Positions 29,374 through 39,328 are shown, numbered from the stretch's first letter. The stretch: DNA of 64,000 bases from Candidatus Thorarchaeota archaeon (GCA_048882485.1 JBHLRP010000014.1:1-64000); one strand, 5' to 3'. The notes: generated by a model from the letters alone, not told the origin. Translations and numbers: made by a program.

Positions 29374-30237
29374 ATGGAATTGGGTCTTCATGTAGCAATC
29401 CCTGATACGTCTTTGATAGACTGTTCTGACTTGCGTCAGAAGACAGTGAAAGCTGGCATCATTGCCAGAGCGATGGCGGTCTTTCGTGTGGAGCGCGTGA
29501 TTGTATATGAGACCGGAAACCTGCGCTCAAAGGCAAAGAGAGACTCAGACCTATTGGTGAGGCTACTTGAGTTCATGGACACTCCTCAGTATCTTCGCAG
29601 GCGTATTTTTCCCAAGACACCATCGTTGAAGTTCACGGGTCTTCTGCCGCCGTTGAGAATTCGAAGCCACCCACTAGACTCAGAGCCCTCAGACTTGTCA
29701 GTAGGAATGATAAGATGGGGAGTCCAAGTTCGTTTCGGCAAAGTGGACATCGGTGTTGGTGAGCTTATTGACCATTCTGAAGCACTGAGTGAAAGGACTC
29801 CCACACTCCTTCGCATCATCGAAACCAAACCCAAAATACGTGTTGAAACCATCAATCGGTCTGAAATTGAGAGATACTGGGGGTTCGAGGTAGAGAGAAT
29901 CACCAGTCTTGCAGAAAGACTGGGTGAATCTTCTCATATGACTCGAATCATCTTCTCGAGAAACGCACCACCTTACAGACGACTTGAGAACGAGATTGCA
30001 TCCACCGTGTCTAACACTAAATCTATCCTTGCAGTCTTTGGCGGTCCCATGCATGGCGTCGCTGAACTCCTATCGAATGAAAAGGATGTAATCAAAAAGA
30101 ACTCGGACTTCTGGGTGAATACCATCTTGGGACAAGGTGCTGAAACTGTGCGTTTGGAGGAGGCAGTCCTAGCGAGTCTTGCATTGATTAACAAATCAGT
30201 GGGGAATATTGTATCTCTTCCCGGCTTTCATGACTAG
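29374..30237 (+). CDS. SPOUT-class RNA methyltransferase (DUF171/COG2106)
   Basis: VAIPD, IARAMAVFRVE, TPQYLRR, GLLPPL, QGAETVRLEEA. Confidence 0.88.
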   Translation: MELGLHVAIPDTSLIDCSDLRQKTVKAGIIARAMAVFRVERVIVYETGNLRSKAKRDSDLLVRLLEFMDTPQYLRRRIFPKTPSLKFTGLLPPLRIRSHPLDSEPSDLSVGMIRWGVQVRFGKVDIGVGELIDHSEALSERTPTLLRIIETKPKIRVETINRSEIERYWGFEVERITSLAERLGESSHMTRIIFSRNAPPYRRLENEIASTVSNTKSILAVFGGPMHGVAELLSNEKDVIKKNSDFWVNTILGQGAETVRLEEAVLASLALINKSVGNIVSLPGFHD

Positions 30238-30314
30238 CGTCCCTATCCGTGGGTTTTATAGAACCAAGATGCTTGACACAAGCCAGTCCAACTAGCTCGT
30301 AGAGGTGTTAATGC

Positions 30315-32681
30315 GTGACCACAGAGAGAGTCCAGCGCCTGAGAGAACAGAGCGTCAGGACAAGCCCATACATCTCCACAGAAAGGGCTGAGTTAGTCAC
30401 AGATTTCTATCAGAGTGGTAGCGCCGATAATCTCTCTTATCCTGTGGCGCGCGCCAGAGCCTTTCGATATATCCTTCTCAACAAAGAGGTCTACATAGGC
30501 GAAGACGAACTCATTGTTGGCGAGCGTGGTCCAAGTCCAAGAGCGACTCCAACGTATCCAGAGCTCTGTTGTCACACAATATCTGACTTAGAGGTCTGCA
30601 ATAATCGTGTCAGATCTCGATTCATAGTCAGTGATGACACAAAGGAGGTCTACCGGGAGGACATTATCCCGTTCTGGCGTGGACGGACCATACGCGAACG
30701 TGTATTTGCAGCAATGTCGGAGGAGTGGCTGAAAGCATTCGAGGCGGGTGTCTATACAGAGTTCATGGAACAACGCGCCCCTGGTCATGCGATCCTCGAT
30801 GACAAAATCTACCGAAGGGGGATCAATGACTTCATTCAGGAAATCGATGAGCAATTGGACAAGATTGACTTCTATAATGACAAAGAAGCCTATTCCAAGG
30901 AACAAGAGCTAACGGCAATTCGCATAGTCGCGGAGGCTATCATCGAGTTCGCACATCGTCATGCTGACAAAGCCAAGGAGCTAGCAGAATCGGAGAGCAA
31001 TCCCGAGAGAAGGAAGGAGCTCGAGAAGATAGCTGAGGTATGTAACCACGTTCCTGCGAATGCCCCTCGCAATTTCTGGGAGGCATTGCAGGCATACTGG
31101 TTTGTGCATCTTGGCGTGATTATTGAACTGAATGTCTGGGACTCTTTCAATCCTGGACGGCTCGATGTCAACCTATTTCCTTTCTATAGGAACGATCTTG
31201 ATGAAAAACTGATGACCCGGGACTTTGCTAAGGAACTACTGCAGTGTTTCTGGGTTAAATTCCATAATCAGCCCGCACCCCCCAAGGTGGAAATCACGGA
31301 GGAACAGAGTGGCACCTACCAAGACTTTACTCTCATCAACACAGGCGGGCTCACAATAAATGGCAAGGATGCCGTGAACGACCTCTCCTTTCTCTTGCTT
31401 GAGGTCTGTGAAGAGATGCAGCTTGTCATGCCTAGCATGTGCATCCAGATCAGTGAGAAGAATCCTGAGGAATTCCTACTGAGAGCTGTTGATGTAGTGA
31501 GCACAGGACTTGGTCAGCCCTCCATGTTCAACACTGATGTGATAATCAAAGAGTTCCTGCGGATGGGCAAATCTATTGAAGATGCACGTATGGGCGGACC
31601 CAGTGGATGCGTCACGATAGGTGCATTCGGAAAGGAGAGCGTCATCCTTACAGGATACCTAAATTGGCCAAAGATTCTAGAGATTGCATTGAATAATGGA
31701 ATCAATCCCGTATCTGGAAAATTGGTGGGAATTGAAACCGGGAATCCTGAGGATTTTGAATCCTATGACGAGTTGTTCGAAGCATTCAAGAAACAGTTGA
31801 AGTACTTCGTAGACCTAAAGATCAAGGGCAACAACATCATCGAACGACTCTATGCCCAATATATGCCATCCCCCTTCATGTCCCTTCTGATGGATGACTG
31901 CATAAAACAGGCCAAGGACTACCACGATGGAGGTTCAAGATACAACTCCACCTACATTCAAGGCGTAGGGATGGGCACTTTGACAGACTCCCTCTCAGCC
32001 TTGAAATATCACGTCTACGACAAGAAGACACTACTTTTGGCACACCTGCTCAAAGCAATGAAAGACGACTTCGAGGGCCATGAAACCATCCGTCAGATGC
32101 TAGTGAATAAAAGCCCAGCGTATGGTAATGATGATGACTATGCAGATAACATTGCACAGTCGGTCTTCGACGGGTATTTCGATATTCTAGATGGTCGTCC
32201 TAACACTAGGGGTGGAGAATATCGTGTAAACCTTCTCCCAACAACTGTTCATATTTACTTCGGACAGGTAACAGGAGCTACTCCTAATGGGCGCAAATCT
32301 GGCATGCCACTCTCTGACGGTGTTTCTCCCTCTCATGGTGCTGACACCAAGGGACCAACAGCAGTAATCAAATCCGTCGCGAAGATTGACCACTCAAGAA
32401 CCGGTGGAACCCTCTTGAATCAGAAGCTTATGCCTGACGTACTGGCTGATGAAGAGGGTAGGTCTAAACTTTCTCATCTGGTCCGAGCATACTTCAAACT
32501 GGGTGGCCATCATATCCAATTCAACGTGATTGAGAGGAGCACCTTACTTGACGCGCAACAGAATCCGGAGAAATATCGTGACCTCATCGTGAGAGTGGCA
32601 GGTTATAGCGATTATTTCGTCAATCTTGGCAAGCCGCTGCAGGATGAGATCATCTCTAGAACAGAACATCAGGGTTTCTAA
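30315..32681 (+). CDS. Glycyl radical enzyme, trans-4-hydroxy-L-proline dehydratase (HypD)-like
   Basis: RVAGYSDYF glycyl loop, SGCV Cys loop, FMEQRAPGH, WDSFNPGRLD, LPTTVH. Confidence 0.88.
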   Translation: MTTERVQRLREQSVRTSPYISTERAELVTDFYQSGSADNLSYPVARARAFRYILLNKEVYIGEDELIVGERGPSPRATPTYPELCCHTISDLEVCNNRVRSRFIVSDDTKEVYREDIIPFWRGRTIRERVFAAMSEEWLKAFEAGVYTEFMEQRAPGHAILDDKIYRRGINDFIQEIDEQLDKIDFYNDKEAYSKEQELTAIRIVAEAIIEFAHRHADKAKELAESESNPERRKELEKIAEVCNHVPANAPRNFWEALQAYWFVHLGVIIELNVWDSFNPGRLDVNLFPFYRNDLDEKLMTRDFAKELLQCFWVKFHNQPAPPKVEITEEQSGTYQDFTLINTGGLTINGKDAVNDLSFLLLEVCEEMQLVMPSMCIQISEKNPEEFLLRAVDVVSTGLGQPSMFNTDVIIKEFLRMGKSIEDARMGGPSGCVTIGAFGKESVILTGYLNWPKILEIALNNGINPVSGKLVGIETGNPEDFESYDELFEAFKKQLKYFVDLKIKGNNIIERLYAQYMPSPFMSLLMDDCIKQAKDYHDGGSRYNSTYIQGVGMGTLTDSLSALKYHVYDKKTLLLAHLLKAMKDDFEGHETIRQMLVNKSPAYGNDDDYADNIAQSVFDGYFDILDGRPNTRGGEYRVNLLPTTVHIYFGQVTGATPNGRKSGMPLSDGVSPSHGADTKGPTAVIKSVAKIDHSRTGGTLLNQKLMPDVLADEEGRSKLSHLVRAYFKLGGHHIQFNVIERSTLLDAQQNPEKYRDLIVRVAGYSDYFVNLGKPLQDEIISRTEHQGF

Positions 32682-32804
32682 TCGAACCCTATTAATGGAC
32701 CTGATTGAATGAGAAATGGGCATCTGTTAATGACAGGGAGAGCTACAAATCTTTGCTATTTGACAGAGGGCAATGTTAAAAAGGACATCAAAAAGCGGAA
32801 ATGA

Positions 32805-32886
32805 CCGTAGTAAGAAATGCCTAGTGTCGAGACCATTCATCTATCAGACGATTCAGAATTTTGATTACTGGGCTGCAAAACTACGG
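32805..32886 (+). promoter_or_regulatory. Candidate structured 5' leader of the rpl3 operon
   Basis: Nested helices CCGTAGT/ACTACGG and GCCTAGT/ACTGGGC. TATA-like TTAAAAA at 32776-32782. The helix abuts the GGGTGA SD. Confidence 0.45.
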
Positions 32887-32897
32887 GTGAATATATA

Positions 32898-33905
32898 ATG
32901 GCACATAGAAAGAAACATGCGCCAAGAAGAGGAAGTCTAGCTTATCTTCCTCGAGGAAGGGCATCAAAATTCTTGCCCAGAATTAAGAACTGGCCCGAGC
33001 ATGAAGGTTCCGATGCGAAACTACTTGGTTTTGTAGGATTCAAAGCTGGAATGTCTCACGCAGTGATGACAGTCCAAAACCCAAACAGTCCGTTCAAGGG
33101 GCAGGAGAGGGTCATCCCTATCACGATTGTTGATACTCCCCCCATCAGGCCTTTCTCCATCCGTGGATACAGGGCTACAGCCTATGGTCGGAAACTTGTT
33201 GCAGAAGTCTTAGCAGAGAATCTCTCTGAAGATCTGCGAAAAGCAATGCCGTTGCCGAAGAAATACAAGCATAAGGCAAAGATGAAGGAGTTCGAATCAC
33301 AGCTCAATGCATTTGATGAGATTCGCGTACTAGTCCATACCCAACCACGGCTTGCCGGAGTGTCAAAGAAGAAACCTGACATCTCGGAATATAAGGTAGG
33401 GGCTTCTAATGTTCAAGAGGCATTTGAGTATGCAAAAAGTGTGTTGGGCAATGACGTACGTGTCGCTGACATCCTTCGAGAAGGGACTCTCGTTGACACA
33501 ATTGCTGTTACAAAGGGACATGGATTCCAAGGTCCAGTACGACGCTGGGGAGTCAGGATTCTACAACACAAATCGCGTAAGACAAAGCGTGGAGTCGGAT
33601 GTATAGGTCCATGGTCTCCGACGAACATTCGTTACAGCGTTCCCCGTCCTGGACAGACAGGTTTCCATACACGTACCAGCTTCAACAATGAAGTACTCAA
33701 GATGGGCGAGCGTGGTGAGGAAATCACACCTTCAGGTGGTTTTGTGAACTATGGTGTGATACGAGGCGACTATGTAATCCTCTGGGGCTCAATTCCAGGT
33801 CCTGTCAAGAGACCAGTCCGTCTCAGAATGGCAATTCGACCCAAGAGGTCGCATCTCGGTCAAGTGACTCAGGTGAATTACATCAGTACCACATCCAAAC
33901 AATGA
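32898..33905 (+). CDS. rpl3: 50S ribosomal protein L3
   Basis: PRRGSL, GFKAGM, VTKGHGFQGPV, GQTGFH. Confidence 0.98.
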   Translation: MAHRKKHAPRRGSLAYLPRGRASKFLPRIKNWPEHEGSDAKLLGFVGFKAGMSHAVMTVQNPNSPFKGQERVIPITIVDTPPIRPFSIRGYRATAYGRKLVAEVLAENLSEDLRKAMPLPKKYKHKAKMKEFESQLNAFDEIRVLVHTQPRLAGVSKKKPDISEYKVGASNVQEAFEYAKSVLGNDVRVADILREGTLVDTIAVTKGHGFQGPVRRWGVRILQHKSRKTKRGVGCIGPWSPTNIRYSVPRPGQTGFHTRTSFNNEVLKMGERGEEITPSGGFVNYGVIRGDYVILWGSIPGPVKRPVRLRMAIRPKRSHLGQVTQVNYISTTSKQ

Positions 33906-33922
33906 CAGGAGGTTGAAAGGAA

Positions 33923-34711
33923 ATGGCGAGTGTAAAGACATATTCGTTGAAAGGAAAAGCTGGTCCTACGATCAAGCTACCTGTTCAATTCGAAACTGCC
34001 TATCGGCCGGACATCATCAAACGAGCTGTGCTTGCAGTCCAGTCAAAGAGGCGTCAACCTCATGGTGTGGATGAGTTTGCTGGAAAGCGAAACACAGCAC
34101 AGAGCTGGCAGACAGGTCACGGAAGATCAAGGATGCCTCGAATAAAGGGCAGTGGAACTCCAGCGGCTAATAAGGCAGGTTTCGCTCCTGGGACAGTTGG
34201 TGGCAGAGTTGCCCATCCGCCCGAGGCTCGGAAAGTCATCATTGAGAGGATCAATAAAAAGGAGAACCGTCTTGCCATTCGTTCTGCCATTGCAGCCACG
34301 GCTAGCAAGAAGATTGTGGAACGGAGAGGTCACAAGACTGAGTCAGTACCCTCAGTGCCTCTCGTAGTCAGTGACAAGCTCGAAACATTACAGACCACAA
34401 AGGAGGTCCGTGAGGTAGTCACAGCACTGGGACTTGAAGATGACCTGATGCGGGCCATCAATGGCCGTGGAGTGAGAGCAGGCAAGGGGAAAATGCGTGG
34501 CCGAAAGATGAAGACCCCAAAGTCCTTCCTGATTGTGGTAGGACAGGACAAGGGAATTGTCAAGGCTGCCCGGAATCTCCCGGGTGTAGACATTGCTGAA
34601 GTTCATGGACTGAACGCAGACTTGTTGGCACCAGGGACACATCCAGGCCGACTTGTGCTATGGACAACATCCGCCATAGAGCGGCTTGAGAAGGAGTCCC
34701 TGTTTCTGTGA
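33923..34711 (+). CDS. rpl4: 50S ribosomal protein L4
   Basis: RPDII, GGRVAHPP, RAGKGKMRGR, LAPGTHPGRL. Confidence 0.98.
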   Translation: MASVKTYSLKGKAGPTIKLPVQFETAYRPDIIKRAVLAVQSKRRQPHGVDEFAGKRNTAQSWQTGHGRSRMPRIKGSGTPAANKAGFAPGTVGGRVAHPPEARKVIIERINKKENRLAIRSAIAATASKKIVERRGHKTESVPSVPLVVSDKLETLQTTKEVREVVTALGLEDDLMRAINGRGVRAGKGKMRGRKMKTPKSFLIVVGQDKGIVKAARNLPGVDIAEVHGLNADLLAPGTHPGRLVLWTTSAIERLEKESLFL

Positions 34712-34722
34712 GGTGAGATGAG

Positions 34723-34983
34723 ATGGATCCGAATCAAGTCATCATTCGACCAGTTGTCACAGAAGCAAGTCTAGAGGCTGTGGACAGTCATAACAAGCTC
34801 ACCTTCTATGTGGACCGAAGAGCAAACAAGAACACTATTCGATGGGCTGTAGAATCCCTCTATGATGTGGTAGTGGATAACGTCAACACGCTGATACTGC
34901 CTGACGGAAAGAAGAAGGCATTCGTGCGTCTGGCACCTGAATATAGTGCCGCAGAGGTTGCAACTAACCTCGGGATATTCTAA
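34723..34983 (+). CDS. rpl23: 50S ribosomal protein L23
   Basis: PVVTE, VNTLI..GKKKAFVRL. Confidence 0.97.
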   Translation: MDPNQVIIRPVVTEASLEAVDSHNKLTFYVDRRANKNTIRWAVESLYDVVVDNVNTLILPDGKKKAFVRLAPEYSAAEVATNLGIF

Positions 34984-34995
34984 GGAGGTTATGAT

Positions 34996-35715
34996 ATGGG
35001 TAGACGTGTACTCGTGCAACGAAAGGGAAGAGGCACAACTCAGTGGAGGAGTCCAAGTCACAAGAAGATTGCACCAGCTAGACACCCCAAGTGGGCGCCA
35101 GACAAGACCTACGTTGGCAAGGTCATAAACCTACAACATGAGGCTGGTCGAGGTGCTCCTCTTGCACATGTCAGGTATGAGGGAGAGTCCAAGATTCACT
35201 ATATGATTGCTCCAGAAGGCGTTCAAGTGGGTCAGATTGTAGAATGTGGCGAGGACGCAGCACTGCAAAACGGCAACACGATGATGCTTCAACACATTCC
35301 AGAAGGCACGCCCGTCTATAATATCGAGGGCAATCCTGGAGACGGTGGCAAATATGTCCGTTCCTCTGGACTGACGGCAACAATCGTGTCAATCGACAAG
35401 TCCAAGGCCATGGTGCGCCTGCCGAGTGGCAAGCAGAAGGCGTTTAGTCCGAGGTGCAGGGCAACCATTGGGATAGTGGCCGGAGGAGGAAGGACAGAGA
35501 AGCCATTCCTCAAAGCTGGTGCTGTGTGGCATCATGTTCGAGGCAAAGCTCGAAAGTGGCCAGTGACCCGTGGTGCAGCTATGAATGCAGCTAGCCACCC
35601 ACACGGTGGTGGATCACATCAGTCCCCTGGTAGGCCAACGACCGTGAGCAGACATGCTCCTCCTGGCCGTAAGGTAGGGAACATCGCAGCCAGACGTACA
35701 GGCCGCAAGAAGTAG
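34996..35715 (+). CDS. rpl2: 50S ribosomal protein L2
   Basis: QRKGRG, AGGGRTEKP, AMNAASHPHGGG, PPGRKVG. Confidence 0.98.
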   Translation: MGRRVLVQRKGRGTTQWRSPSHKKIAPARHPKWAPDKTYVGKVINLQHEAGRGAPLAHVRYEGESKIHYMIAPEGVQVGQIVECGEDAALQNGNTMMLQHIPEGTPVYNIEGNPGDGGKYVRSSGLTATIVSIDKSKAMVRLPSGKQKAFSPRCRATIGIVAGGGRTEKPFLKAGAVWHHVRGKARKWPVTRGAAMNAASHPHGGGSHQSPGRPTTVSRHAPPGRKVGNIAARRTGRKK

Positions 35716-35719
35716 AATT

Positions 35720-35758
35720 GAGAGGAGGCTAGCCCTCTTCTCCAACCTTTCTTTTTCT
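35720..35758 (+). terminator. Putative terminator after rpl2
   Basis: Hairpin GAGAGGAGG..CCTCTTCTC followed by CTTTCTTTTTCT. Confidence 0.5.
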
Positions 35759-35844
35759 ATTCCTAGAATGCTCTGGGAACCTAACACCTGAGTAATATCC
35801 ACATTCATATCTCGAGATTAGGTCCTCTTTACAGAGGTCTAGTT

Positions 35845-36030
35845 ATGCGTCTCATTGCTGTGCACCTCCCCGAGAGGATAATCGAAGACATTCAACGACT
35901 AGTGAATCGTGGACTCTATCCCAATCGTTCTGAGGCCATAAGAATCGCAATCAGGGATTTGCTCAAGCGTGAGCTTTGGGAGCGCAGCATGAAAAGTAGT
36001 GTGAGCGCTGGCGAGGTCGTAGGACAATGA
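35845..36030 (+). CDS. cdrS: Ribbon-helix-helix regulator, CdrS-like
   Basis: LVNRGLYPNRSEAIRIAIRDLL. Its stop overlaps the ftsZ start (ATGA). Confidence 0.8.
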   Translation: MRLIAVHLPERIIEDIQRLVNRGLYPNRSEAIRIAIRDLLKRELWERSMKSSVSAGEVVGQ

Positions 36031-37295
36031 AATCACTGATTGATTCAGCAAGAGAACACAGTCGCACTGAGAGGAGCGGCATTGCCCAACGTGACATGGG
36101 CCAGGCACGGATTGTAGTGGTTGGCTGTGGTGGCGCAGGCAACAATACAGTAAAACGGCTGATGACAATTGGAGTCCAAGGTGCCGAGTGCGTTGCCATC
36201 AATACAGACCGCCAGCACCTTGCAGTGACCACAGCCCATCGAAAGCTCTTGATTGGTGAGAGGATTACCCGAGGTCTCGGTGCCGGGGGATATCCACATG
36301 TTGGTCGGGCTGCTGCTGAGGAGTCAACCCATCAGCTCACTGAGCTTCTTCGCGATGCAGACCTCGTGTTTATTGCAGCAGGTATGGGCGGCGGCACTGG
36401 AACAGGAAGTGCACCCGTGGTTGCTGAGATTGCGAAGAAGAATGACGCCATTGTCGTCGGAGTCATCACAATGCCGTTCAGCTTGGAACGGACTCGTATT
36501 GATAAAGCAACAGCTGGCCTTGCACGACTCCAAGAGAACGTTGACACAGCGGTAGTCATAGACAATCAGAAACTCATGGAGCTAGTGCCCGACCTGCCAC
36601 TTGAGGAAGCATTTGGAGTCGCTGACGAAGTCCTTGCGAACATGGTGAAAGGAATCACAGAAACCATCACAATGCCCAGTCTCATTAACTTGGACTATGC
36701 AGACGTCCGCACAATAATCTGTAATGGTGGCGTAGCGCTTGTTGGCCTTGGAGAGGCTACAGGGTCGGACAGGGCGAATGAGGCGATACGAAACTCTCTG
36801 AATAGTCCCCTTCTCGAAGTGGAGTGGACTGGAGCGACAGGAGCTCTGATACACATCACTGGCGGTCCGGATATGTCTCTGGCTGAGGCAAACAAGGTTG
36901 GAGAGCTGGTATCAGAAAAGATGAGCACAGACGCGAATGTGATCTGGGGAGCACGAGTCGATCCGCGTCTGAGTGGAGTTCTACGTGTCATGTTGATTCT
37001 CACAGGCGTGAAGAGTCCCCAGTTACTTCCCCGTTCAAAGGAAGAGTCCTCAGCATCAAAGCTGCTTGGCAGGGCTCGTCTTTCTGAGCTCGGTATTTTG
37101 GCATCACATGTGAGTGCAACAGCCACAAAGTCGGCCTCTGAGAAGGCACGAAACTTCGGGAAAGTCCCGCCCATCACAGGGCGTCCCTCATGGGAGGATC
37201 GACTGAAACCTCTTGAGAGGAAGCTGATGCAGCGCAAGCCGCCTGAAGAGAAACAGAAGGACCTGAAAGACCTCGGTCTTCGAAGAATTCTGTAA
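36027..37295 (+). CDS. ftsZ: Cell division protein FtsZ
   Basis: GCGGAGNN, GMGGGTGTG, T7 loop NLDYAD, VIWGA. Confidence 0.97.
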   Translation: MKSLIDSAREHSRTERSGIAQRDMGQARIVVVGCGGAGNNTVKRLMTIGVQGAECVAINTDRQHLAVTTAHRKLLIGERITRGLGAGGYPHVGRAAAEESTHQLTELLRDADLVFIAAGMGGGTGTGSAPVVAEIAKKNDAIVVGVITMPFSLERTRIDKATAGLARLQENVDTAVVIDNQKLMELVPDLPLEEAFGVADEVLANMVKGITETITMPSLINLDYADVRTIICNGGVALVGLGEATGSDRANEAIRNSLNSPLLEVEWTGATGALIHITGGPDMSLAEANKVGELVSEKMSTDANVIWGARVDPRLSGVLRVMLILTGVKSPQLLPRSKEESSASKLLGRARLSELGILASHVSATATKSASEKARNFGKVPPITGRPSWEDRLKPLERKLMQRKPPEEKQKDLKDLGLRRIL

Positions 37296-37393
37296 AGGTC
37301 GGTCGAAAAGTCCAGAGTCGCAGCAGAGAACCTAGTTTGGACTAGTTTTTACTGGGAGCATAATCGGCATTTCTTGAATCAGCATATTCTGTA

Positions 37394-37822
37394 TCAGTCT
37401 AAACCATGTTCCTTGAACCATTCGTCTGCAATCTGTGCCACACGTTCATAGAGTGGACCAGTTCCATCGACTCCTTCAGGGGTAATTCTGATTTTGTTCA
37501 TGACCAAGATTAAGGGCTGTTCGGCGAAGTATTGTACACCACCGGGTGGGAATGCTTTCTCAAGTTCCTTCACAAGACCTTCCAGACTGACCTCTCTCTC
37601 TGCAACTGAGAATGAAACAATGCTACTACCATAGAGAAAGATTCGGGGAATCGGGCCCTTCTTGGACTCAACATCTGAGAGTACTATGCTCAGACTATTC
37701 TGATCAATTCCTCTCAAAGTACCAACATATGTGTCACCAGTGTTGATGACAACTTCTACTGTCGCACCTATAACCGAAGCCAGTTCGCGGTTAAAGGCAC
37801 GCATTGCTGCGACATCTGACAT
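37394..37822 (-). CDS. Lsm/SmAP3-type RNA-binding protein with a C-terminal domain
   Basis: Sm motifs (YVGTLRGID, IFLYGSSI) plus a ~65-aa C-terminal extension. Confidence 0.85.
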   Translation of the reverse strand: MSDVAAMRAFNRELASVIGATVEVVINTGDTYVGTLRGIDQNSLSIVLSDVESKKGPIPRIFLYGSSIVSFSVAEREVSLEGLVKELEKAFPPGGVQYFAEQPLILVMNKIRITPEGVDGTGPLYERVAQIADEWFKEHGLD

Positions 37823-37955
37823 TCTAATATCACCTTAGAGTGTAATCTCTGCGAATCAACGCGTCTTGCCATGTCGTTTTAAGCGTGGTGCTTTGACGGA
37901 ATGCAAAGTGCTCCCCTAGAGAATGTGTTATTAGTCTCTAGCTTCGAAATCCGAA

Positions 37956-38789
37956 TTGGTGAGTACATTGACTGTCACCAACAAACACTTCGCCAGACAA
38001 TTCCTACGTGAAGAGTGTCTTCCAGATCCCTTCTGTCCTGGATGCGGTAATATGGAAACAGGCTCGGCGTTCCTTAAGGCAGTGAAGGACTTAGGTCATG
38101 AGGACCTCAGTAAGTTCGCCTTTGTTTCGGGCATTGGTTGTGGTGCTTGGATAGTTTCGCCACACTTTCGCGCAGACACTCTGCATACCACTCATGGACG
38201 TGCAATCGCATTTGCAACTGGTCTGAAGCTGGCAATACCTGAGCAAGAGGTCGTTGTGATAAGTGGTGACGGAGACCTAGCTGCAATTGGAGGTAATCAC
38301 CTCATCCACGCTGCAAGGCGTAATATGGATCTCACAGTCATTTGCTCGAATAACTGGATTTACGGAATGACAGGCGGGCAAGTTGGGCCCACAACGTTCA
38401 CTGGAGACCGAACAAGCACAACGCCTTATGGTAATCCAGAGCGGCCGTTTGACATTGCGCGGCTGGTCGCAGCAGCGGGAGCCAACTATGTTGCAAGATG
38501 GACAACAGCACACCCGTTTCAGGCATCGCGAGCTATGAAGACAGCTCTGGAGCGGAAGGGATTCACATTTGTAGAGATGCTCAGCCAGTGTCCGACTGCC
38601 TACGGCCGAAGGACCAAGGCAGGTGGCCCTGTTGAGATGCTGAAGTGGATGAAAAAGCTACCAGTTCGGAAGAAAGGCGATCCGATGGACTACATAACAC
38701 CAAAGCATGATACTATAGACCTTGGCATCTTTGTGGATAGGAATGAACCCTCCTTCTTGGAATCATTGAAAGAGATAGTCAACCAGTGA
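37956..38789 (+). CDS. korB: 2-oxoacid:ferredoxin oxidoreductase beta subunit
   Basis: FCPGCG, SGIGC, HTTHGRA, GDGD TPP motif, YGMTGGQ. Confidence 0.92.
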   Translation: MVSTLTVTNKHFARQFLREECLPDPFCPGCGNMETGSAFLKAVKDLGHEDLSKFAFVSGIGCGAWIVSPHFRADTLHTTHGRAIAFATGLKLAIPEQEVVVISGDGDLAAIGGNHLIHAARRNMDLTVICSNNWIYGMTGGQVGPTTFTGDRTSTTPYGNPERPFDIARLVAAAGANYVARWTTAHPFQASRAMKTALERKGFTFVEMLSQCPTAYGRRTKAGGPVEMLKWMKKLPVRKKGDPMDYITPKHDTIDLGIFVDRNEPSFLESLKEIVNQ

Positions 38790-38800
38790 GCTGAAGTGCC

Positions 38801-39328
38801 ATGAGGAAAGAGTTTCGCATCGCTGGTACTGGTGGAATGGGTGTTGTGCTCGCCGGTGTAATCCTAGGACATGCCGCTGTTGTGCATGCAGGACTTGAGT
38901 CTGTTCAGACTCAGAGCTATGGTTCAGAGGCTAGGGGAACAGCAGCGAAGAGTGAAGTAATCATCAGTGATGAGCAGATACGTTATCCAAAGGTCCGCGA
39001 GGCAGACTACAGCGTCCTGATGTCACAGAAGGCCTTTGAGTTGTACCTCCCTGGAGCTAAGAAAGGAGGGGTCTTATTGATAGATCCGGACCTAGTCAAT
39101 CCCAAGGAGGCTGGAGATGACTTTGAGATAGTCAATATTCCAGCAATGAAGACAGCTGACAATTTGGGATTGCGTCTTGTTTCAAATATGATCATGCTAG
39201 GAGCATTAGTGAAGAAATCTGGTGTGTTTCCTGTCGAGGCTCTTGAGAACGCACTGAGGGATCTTGTGAAATCAAAAGCACTACAACTTGATATTGATGC
39301 GGTCAGAGCTGGAACTGAGTTTGTCTAG
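38801..39328 (+). CDS. korC: 2-oxoacid:ferredoxin oxidoreductase gamma subunit
   Basis: AGTGGMGV, QSYGSEARG, NMIMLGA. Confidence 0.9.
   Translation: MRKEFRIAGTGGMGVVLAGVILGHAAVVHAGLESVQTQSYGSEARGTAAKSEVIISDEQIRYPKVREADYSVLMSQKAFELYLPGAKKGGVLLIDPDLVNPKEAGDDFEIVNIPAMKTADNLGLRLVSNMIMLGALVKKSGVFPVEALENALRDLVKSKALQLDIDAVRAGTEFV

Noticed and set aside
36045-37237. Numerous antisense and alternate-frame ORFs (here and across the window)
   Set aside because: They are shadows of well-supported genes and have no recognisable motifs.
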